Origin: an uncultured Myxococcales bacterium
Lineage (GTDB): Bacteria > Myxococcota_A > UBA9042
Direction: 5' to 3'
Length of the DNA: 64,000 bases
Assembly (NCBI GenBank): GCA_903842345.1
Contig: CAIMLR010000042.1
Coordinates: forward strand, 21,744-85,743
Part shown: positions 59,177 to 64,000 of the stretch, one piece after another
How positions within the stretch are numbered: position 1 is the first letter of the stretch
Layout: every line of letters starts with the position of its first letter
Translations under genes and position numbers: made by a program
Notes under the pieces: model-generated
Seen by the model: the letters and a program-made list of their open reading frames with translations, nothing else
Database searches by the model: none
Told to the model about the DNA's origin: nothing

Positions 59177-59543
59177 CTTCCTCTCCTTCGAGTCGTCCCG
59201 TTTCGGACGAGCAATCCACGGTGGGCGATCTGCGGCCTGCGCAAGTTCGCCTGTATTTATCAGGTCCTTCGAGTCCCGCCACATCCAAGAACAGCGCATG
59301 TCCGCTTGGATGACCGCCCGGAATCCCGAACGGCGGCGCGCAAGTATCACACGCCGACGAGAACTGGAACCCCCCAGGCTCCCCGACCTGGGCTCATGCA
59401 ACGCCGCGAGTTTGGTTCAACGCTGTTCTGTGTCAAGTTTTGTAAAATCGACGACCTTGCTGTCATCGAATGGTGTACGCCATGTTGGCAAACGTGAAGT
59501 CGCCTTCGTTTGACGCCGGATACCCGTGTGGTACCTTCGCGGC

Positions 59544-60542
59544 GTGATCCAGTTCTACCACGTCCAGAAACGCTACCCGAACGGCACTGACGCCCTCACC
59601 GACGTCACATTGCGGGTCCGTGAGGGCGAATTCGTGTTTCTGACCGGCTCGTCTGGCGCCGGCAAATCAACGCTGCTGCGGCTGCTTTTGGTCATGGAGC
59701 GGGCGAGCGACGGGCAAATCCTCATCGGCGGCCGCAATATCCACGTGCTGCGCGACTCCAGCGTGCCGTACCTGCGCCGCAACATCGGCGTGGTGTTTCA
59801 GGATTTCCGCCTGATTCCGCGCCGCACGGTCTTTGAAAACATCGCCATTTCGCTGGAAATTCTGGGCATCAAGGGTTCAGAAATCGAGCGCCGCGTCAAC
59901 CAGATGCTGGAGGCCACGCGCCTGCTGAACCGCGCGCAGGCGTACCCGGGCGACCTGTCCGGTGGCGAGCAGCAGCGCGTCGCGATCGCGCGGGCGCTGG
60001 TCAATGAGCCGGCGATCCTGTTGGCCGATGAGCCGACGGGCAATCTGGATCCTGAGCTTTCGCACGAGATCATTGAGCTGCTGCTGAGCATCAACCGCAA
60101 GGGTACGACGGTCGTCGTCGCGACGCACGACACGGCGCTTGTGGAACACTACGCGATGCGCACGCTTGTGCTGGCCAAGGGCCAGTTGGTCGAGGACCGG
60201 CCGAAATCGGCGCGCGCGGACAAATTCCTCGCGGGCGAGCGCCCAAGCCAGATGGAACGCGCGAGCCAGTCGGACCGACAGACGGTGCCCATGCCGCTGG
60301 ATCGCCAGACGGGACCGCTCACCAGCCTGATCGTGCCGGGCACCGCGCCGACGGTCGCGCACAACGCCACGACCACGACCGGGCCGATTCCTTCGGGCGC
60401 CGGGATCCTGCCGCTCGTCGGCTCGCCGTTCTCGTCCTCGCCCGTGCGGATGACGGCGCCGGTTCCGGTGCTGGAAGATCTGCCTGAGGAAGGCGACCTT
60501 TCAGCGCCCAGCGACGGAACGGATAGCGGAGGCGAGTCATGA
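59544..60542 (+). CDS. ftsE: Cell-division ABC ATPase FtsE with C-terminal extension
   Basis: GSSGAGKST, VPYLRRNIGVVFQDF, LSGGEQQR, ADEPTGNLD and ATHD; followed by ftsX. Confidence 0.93.
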   Translation: MIQFYHVQKRYPNGTDALTDVTLRVREGEFVFLTGSSGAGKSTLLRLLLVMERASDGQILIGGRNIHVLRDSSVPYLRRNIGVVFQDFRLIPRRTVFENIAISLEILGIKGSEIERRVNQMLEATRLLNRAQAYPGDLSGGEQQRVAIARALVNEPAILLADEPTGNLDPELSHEIIELLLSINRKGTTVVVATHDTALVEHYAMRTLVLAKGQLVEDRPKSARADKFLAGERPSQMERASQSDRQTVPMPLDRQTGPLTSLIVPGTAPTVAHNATTTTGPIPSGAGILPLVGSPFSSSPVRMTAPVPVLEDLPEEGDLSAPSDGTDSGGES

Positions 60543-61441
60543 AACGCGCGCCCCGCATCGGCTACGTGCTGCACCAGGCTTTTCTGCTTGTGCGCTCCTC
60601 ACCTTGGCTGACCGCCGTGAGCGCCTTGACCATCGCGCTGGCGCTGACGCTCGTCGGCCTGTTTGCGATGGTGCTCGTCAACGCCAGCCACCTGATGCAC
60701 AGCCTGGGCGAATCGCTGACCATTCCCGTGTACCTGCACGAGGCCGCGACGACGCCGGACGTCAAGGCCGTGGAAGCGCAGATTCGCCAGCGCAAGGGCG
60801 TCAAATCGGTAAAATTCCTGACGCCGCAGCAGGATCGCGAACGCAACAAGCAGGCGATGACGCCGGAACTGCTGGAAGGGCTGGATGAGGCGGCGATTCC
60901 GGGCCAGCCCGTGCTGGAAGTTGAACTCGAGGCCGATCTCGCGAGTCGCGGCGACGTCGAAGAGCTGGCGAAGTGGGCGGCGAGCCTGAAGTCCGTGAAA
61001 TCCGTGGACGAAGTGCCGACCGGCGCAGAGAAGCTCAGGCTGTTGTTTGCGCTCGTGGAGATCGCGCGTACGGTCGGCCTCGTCCTGTCCATCGTGCTGC
61101 TGGCGAGCGCGATGTTCTTCGTGTTCTCGACCATTCGCCTGGGCGTATTCGCGCGCCGCGACGAAATCGAAATCCTGTCGCTCGTCGGCGCGACGCCGAG
61201 CTTCATCCGCCTGCCATTTCTCGTTGAGGGTGCCCTGCAGGGCTTGGCCGGCGCGATCGTGGCGATGCTGCTGCTTGGGTTGCTGCACCTGGAATTGCGC
61301 GGTCTTGTCCGCGATGTGCACCTGCTCAACCTCTCCTGGTCGCTGATGCCGCCGGGCATGATCGCGTGGCTGGTGCTCGGTGGTCCAACGGTCGGCCTGA
61401 CAGCGAGCGCGCTGTCCGTCGGCCGCTACCTGAAGGTATAA
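60539..61441 (+). CDS. ftsX: Cell-division permease FtsX
   Basis: TM-periplasmic loop-3TM; NTIRL-like TIRLGVFARRDEIEI and LVGAT..FIRLPF. Confidence 0.92.
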   Translation: MKRAPRIGYVLHQAFLLVRSSPWLTAVSALTIALALTLVGLFAMVLVNASHLMHSLGESLTIPVYLHEAATTPDVKAVEAQIRQRKGVKSVKFLTPQQDRERNKQAMTPELLEGLDEAAIPGQPVLEVELEADLASRGDVEELAKWAASLKSVKSVDEVPTGAEKLRLLFALVEIARTVGLVLSIVLLASAMFFVFSTIRLGVFARRDEIEILSLVGATPSFIRLPFLVEGALQGLAGAIVAMLLLGLLHLELRGLVRDVHLLNLSWSLMPPGMIAWLVLGGPTVGLTASALSVGRYLKV

Positions 61442-61444
61442 GCC

Positions 61445-62569
61445 GTGAAACGCGTGTGGCTTTTGGCCATCGTTGCGATCGCGCAGACCGCCTACGCGCA
61501 ACCGCTGCCGCAGCCGCCGCATTTGGACGGCGCCGAGAAGAAGGCGCTGCTTGACCGCTACGCCAAGCAGCTGGACACCGAGCTCGGGCTGCTGAAAGCG
61601 CTGGACGAGCTGGATCGCGATTCGACGGAAATCGACAACAAGATCGTGAAGTTGTCGGTAGAACGCGCGGAGGCGACCGATGCGCTGGTGGCTGCGGAAG
61701 ACGCCCGCGCCAAGGCGGAGACAGAACTGGCGAAGATGCGGCTGGCTGTACAGGCCCGTTTGCGCGCGCTGGCGCGGATTGAGGCGCTGCCGTCCCTGCG
61801 TTTTGCCCTGTCGACGGACGATTTCGCCAAATCCGTGGTGAAAGATCGCCTGCTGCGGCGCCTCATCGTGGACGACCGGGTGCGGCTGCGCGATTACACA
61901 AAACGGCTGACGGATCAGGAGCGGCTGACCCAGTCGCGCGACGCGGCGCTCAATGCGCTGAACCAGCTGGACCTGACGCTGCACGACAAGAAATGGCAGG
62001 CGGAGCAGGAGCGGCGCGACAAGCTGGCGCTGATTGTGCAGATCGACGAGGACAAGAAGACCGCGGAGCGATTGGCGCGCGATCTGGATGCGGCGAGCCG
62101 CGAAGTAGCGGCAAAGGTCGCCACGCTGAAGGAATGGCAGGAGCGCAAATACACGTTCGCCCAGACCCAGGGCAAGCTGCTGCCGCCGGTGGCCGGGCGC
62201 GTGGAAGTTGGCTTTGGCGAGGTCAAACACCCCAAATTTGGCACGATCCTGATGCACCGGGGCCTCGACTATCGCGCGGCGGGCAGCCAGATTGGCGCGC
62301 CGGTGCGGGCGGTGTTTTGGGGCCGCGTCGCCTACGTCGGCTGGCTCACCGGCTACGGCGACACCATCATCCTCGACCACGGCCGCGGTTGGCACACCAT
62401 CTACGCCCACCTCGACAACATCCGGGTCGCGGTCGACGAAGTGGTCCCCGCCCGGCAACGGATGGCCGACATCGGCCAGTCGGGCTCGCTCAAAGGGCGC
62501 TACCTGTACTTTGAGATTCGCCACAACGGCCAGCCGATGGACCCGGGCGAGTGGTTCAACCGCCAGTAG
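61445..62569 (+). CDS. envC: EnvC-like murein hydrolase activator (coiled coil + M23/LytM)
   Basis: Signal peptide, long coiled coil, HRGLD, GYGDTIILDHG..TIYAHL and LYFEIR; ftsEX synteny. Confidence 0.85.
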   Translation: MKRVWLLAIVAIAQTAYAQPLPQPPHLDGAEKKALLDRYAKQLDTELGLLKALDELDRDSTEIDNKIVKLSVERAEATDALVAAEDARAKAETELAKMRLAVQARLRALARIEALPSLRFALSTDDFAKSVVKDRLLRRLIVDDRVRLRDYTKRLTDQERLTQSRDAALNALNQLDLTLHDKKWQAEQERRDKLALIVQIDEDKKTAERLARDLDAASREVAAKVATLKEWQERKYTFAQTQGKLLPPVAGRVEVGFGEVKHPKFGTILMHRGLDYRAAGSQIGAPVRAVFWGRVAYVGWLTGYGDTIILDHGRGWHTIYAHLDNIRVAVDEVVPARQRMADIGQSGSLKGRYLYFEIRHNGQPMDPGEWFNRQ

Positions 62570-62682
62570 CACGCCGCGCCCGCCTCACCCCGCTGCCGTG
62601 ACAGACGCGTGACGGGGCCCGCTGGTTCGCCAAGGGTTCGCTGTTATCCTCTCCAGCGTGACATGCAGCTGGAGGCAGGATT

Positions 62683-63015
62683 ATGGCTAACATCCAAGAA
62701 ATCGAGATCACGCTGCGGGAACGGCTCCTGGAGTTGGAAACGCGCGTGGGGTACGTGGAAGACGGGCTGCGGCATACGCACGCGCCATTGGAAGCCGACT
62801 TTGCCGAACAAGCCGTGTCGACCGAAAACGACGACGTGTTACAGGCGTTGGACTCGGCGATGCGCAAGGAATGCTCTGAAATTCTTGCGGTCCTGCAGCG
62901 CATGCAAATGGGCAGCTATGGTTTTTGTTCCACCTGCGGCGATGAAGTCCCCGTCCAGCGGTTGCGGGCCTTGCCGTTCGCCCGCGAGTGCGTCGCGTGC
63001 GCCAGCGGCAGCTGA
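62683..63015 (+). CDS. DksA/TraR family C4 zinc-finger protein
   Basis: DFAEQA acidic tip, ALxRM..GSYGFCSTCG...RLRALPFARECVAC. Confidence 0.88.
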   Translation: MANIQEIEITLRERLLELETRVGYVEDGLRHTHAPLEADFAEQAVSTENDDVLQALDSAMRKECSEILAVLQRMQMGSYGFCSTCGDEVPVQRLRALPFARECVACASGS

Positions 63016-63062
63016 CCGCGCTCCCCAGACAGCCAACCATTCCCACCCCCCGTGAGGCGTCC

Positions 63063-64000
63063 ATGAAAAGTGTGCATCTGGCTTCTGTGCTTGGACTGTG
63101 CATCTGGGTCGCCGCGTGCGGCAACTCGGCGACGACGTCGACCGACGACGTGCTCAGCGGAACGGACGACGTCGCGAGCGACGCCACCGGCAGCGACGCC
63201 ACCGGCAACGATGGCACCGACAACGACGCGCCGCTGACCGACACCCTCAGCTACAAATACCCCACGTGCGCCGCCGTCGTCGACTGCGCGCAAGCCGCGT
63301 GCGCCGGAAGCAGCAGCGCCTCCTGCGCTTCCGAATGCCTGGCCAACGGCGCGCCCTCCGCCTTGCCCGGCGCGACCGCGCTGCTGACCTGCGTCCAAAC
63401 CGAGTGCATCGAGGGCCAGTGCAAGTCCGGCGGCAACTCCAGCTGCGTGCAGGACTGCACCTCACTGCGCTGCATGCCCAAGATCTTCGACTGCATCGAG
63501 GACGGCAAGACCGGCGCCAAGGGCTGCGCCGACGTCAAGACGTGCTTTGACACCTGCAACGCCGGCAAAACCAACGTCGTGAGCTGCCTGCAGACGTGCT
63601 ACGAGACCATCAGCGCCGCCGGCAAGGCGAAGGCCAAACCGTTTGCCACGTGCGTCGCGAGCGCGCCTGCCGGGAGCGACCCCACCGCGTCGTGCATGAA
63701 GGAGACGTTCGGCTGCTTCCTCGACGGCAAGTCCGGCGCCAAGGGCTGCTTCGACTCGATCGGCTGCCTGACGGCATGCGGCACGAGCACGGATCAGTTC
63801 AGCTGCGCGCTGGGCTGCTTTGGCGACATGACGCAGGCGGCACAGACCGCGTACCTGGACGTCACGCCGTGCCTTGGCAAGGACATCACCGCGACTGCCG
63901 GCTGCGAGGACAAGCTCGTCGTCTGCCTCGCGCCGACTGGCACGCAAACGTGCGCGGAATCGCTGGGCTGCGCGATGGGCTGCAGCAACACGCAGGGCAA
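63063..64000 (+). CDS. Cys-rich repeat lipoprotein, 3' truncated; absent from the ORF track
   Basis: Manual translation: MKSVHLASVLGLCIWVAAC lipobox, frame open to the window end, repeats DGK(T/S)GAKGC...C...C...SC...C. Confidence 0.85.
   Translation, partial: MKSVHLASVLGLCIWVAACGNSATTSTDDVLSGTDDVASDATGSDATGNDGTDNDAPLTDTLSYKYPTCAAVVDCAQAACAGSSSASCASECLANGAPSALPGATALLTCVQTECIEGQCKSGGNSSCVQDCTSLRCMPKIFDCIEDGKTGAKGCADVKTCFDTCNAGKTNVVSCLQTCYETISAAGKAKAKPFATCVASAPAGSDPTASCMKETFGCFLDGKSGAKGCFDSIGCLTACGTSTDQFSCALGCFGDMTQAAQTAYLDVTPCLGKDITATAGCEDKLVVCLAPTGTQTCAESLGCAMGCSNTQG

Overview
High-GC bacterial chromosome segment, probably Myxococcota-like (inferred from pilMNOPQ-aroKB synteny, a DUF2330 protein with a MYXO-CTERM-like tail, and Cys-rich lipoproteins). 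Bases 1-17.5 kb look like accessory DNA abutting the 3' end of a tRNA-Gly(CCC) gene. This part holds a Xer-like recombinase and two Ser/Thr kinases. It also holds a co-oriented 9-gene block (6.6-13.8 kb) ending in a coupling-type ATPase, a Replic_Relax/MOBC-like relaxase, an Xis-like protein and an integrase, followed by an HTH-ImmA/IrrE regulator with divergent small genes. Bases 17.6-64 kb are mostly core genes: a double-length uvrA, a DsbA-like protein, argD, pilMNOPQ, fused aroK-aroB, an rRNA methyltransferase, a DinG helicase, serC, a PPIase, a beta-barrel OMP, ftsEX-envC and a DksA/TraR protein. The most striking feature is a 2249-aa PilQ secretin with a ~1470-aa repeat-built coiled coil between its two AMIN domains. 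Next is the integrative element, whose transfer-like module has no recognisable T4SS mating-pair genes. All family assignments come from motifs read by eye; no database search was run.
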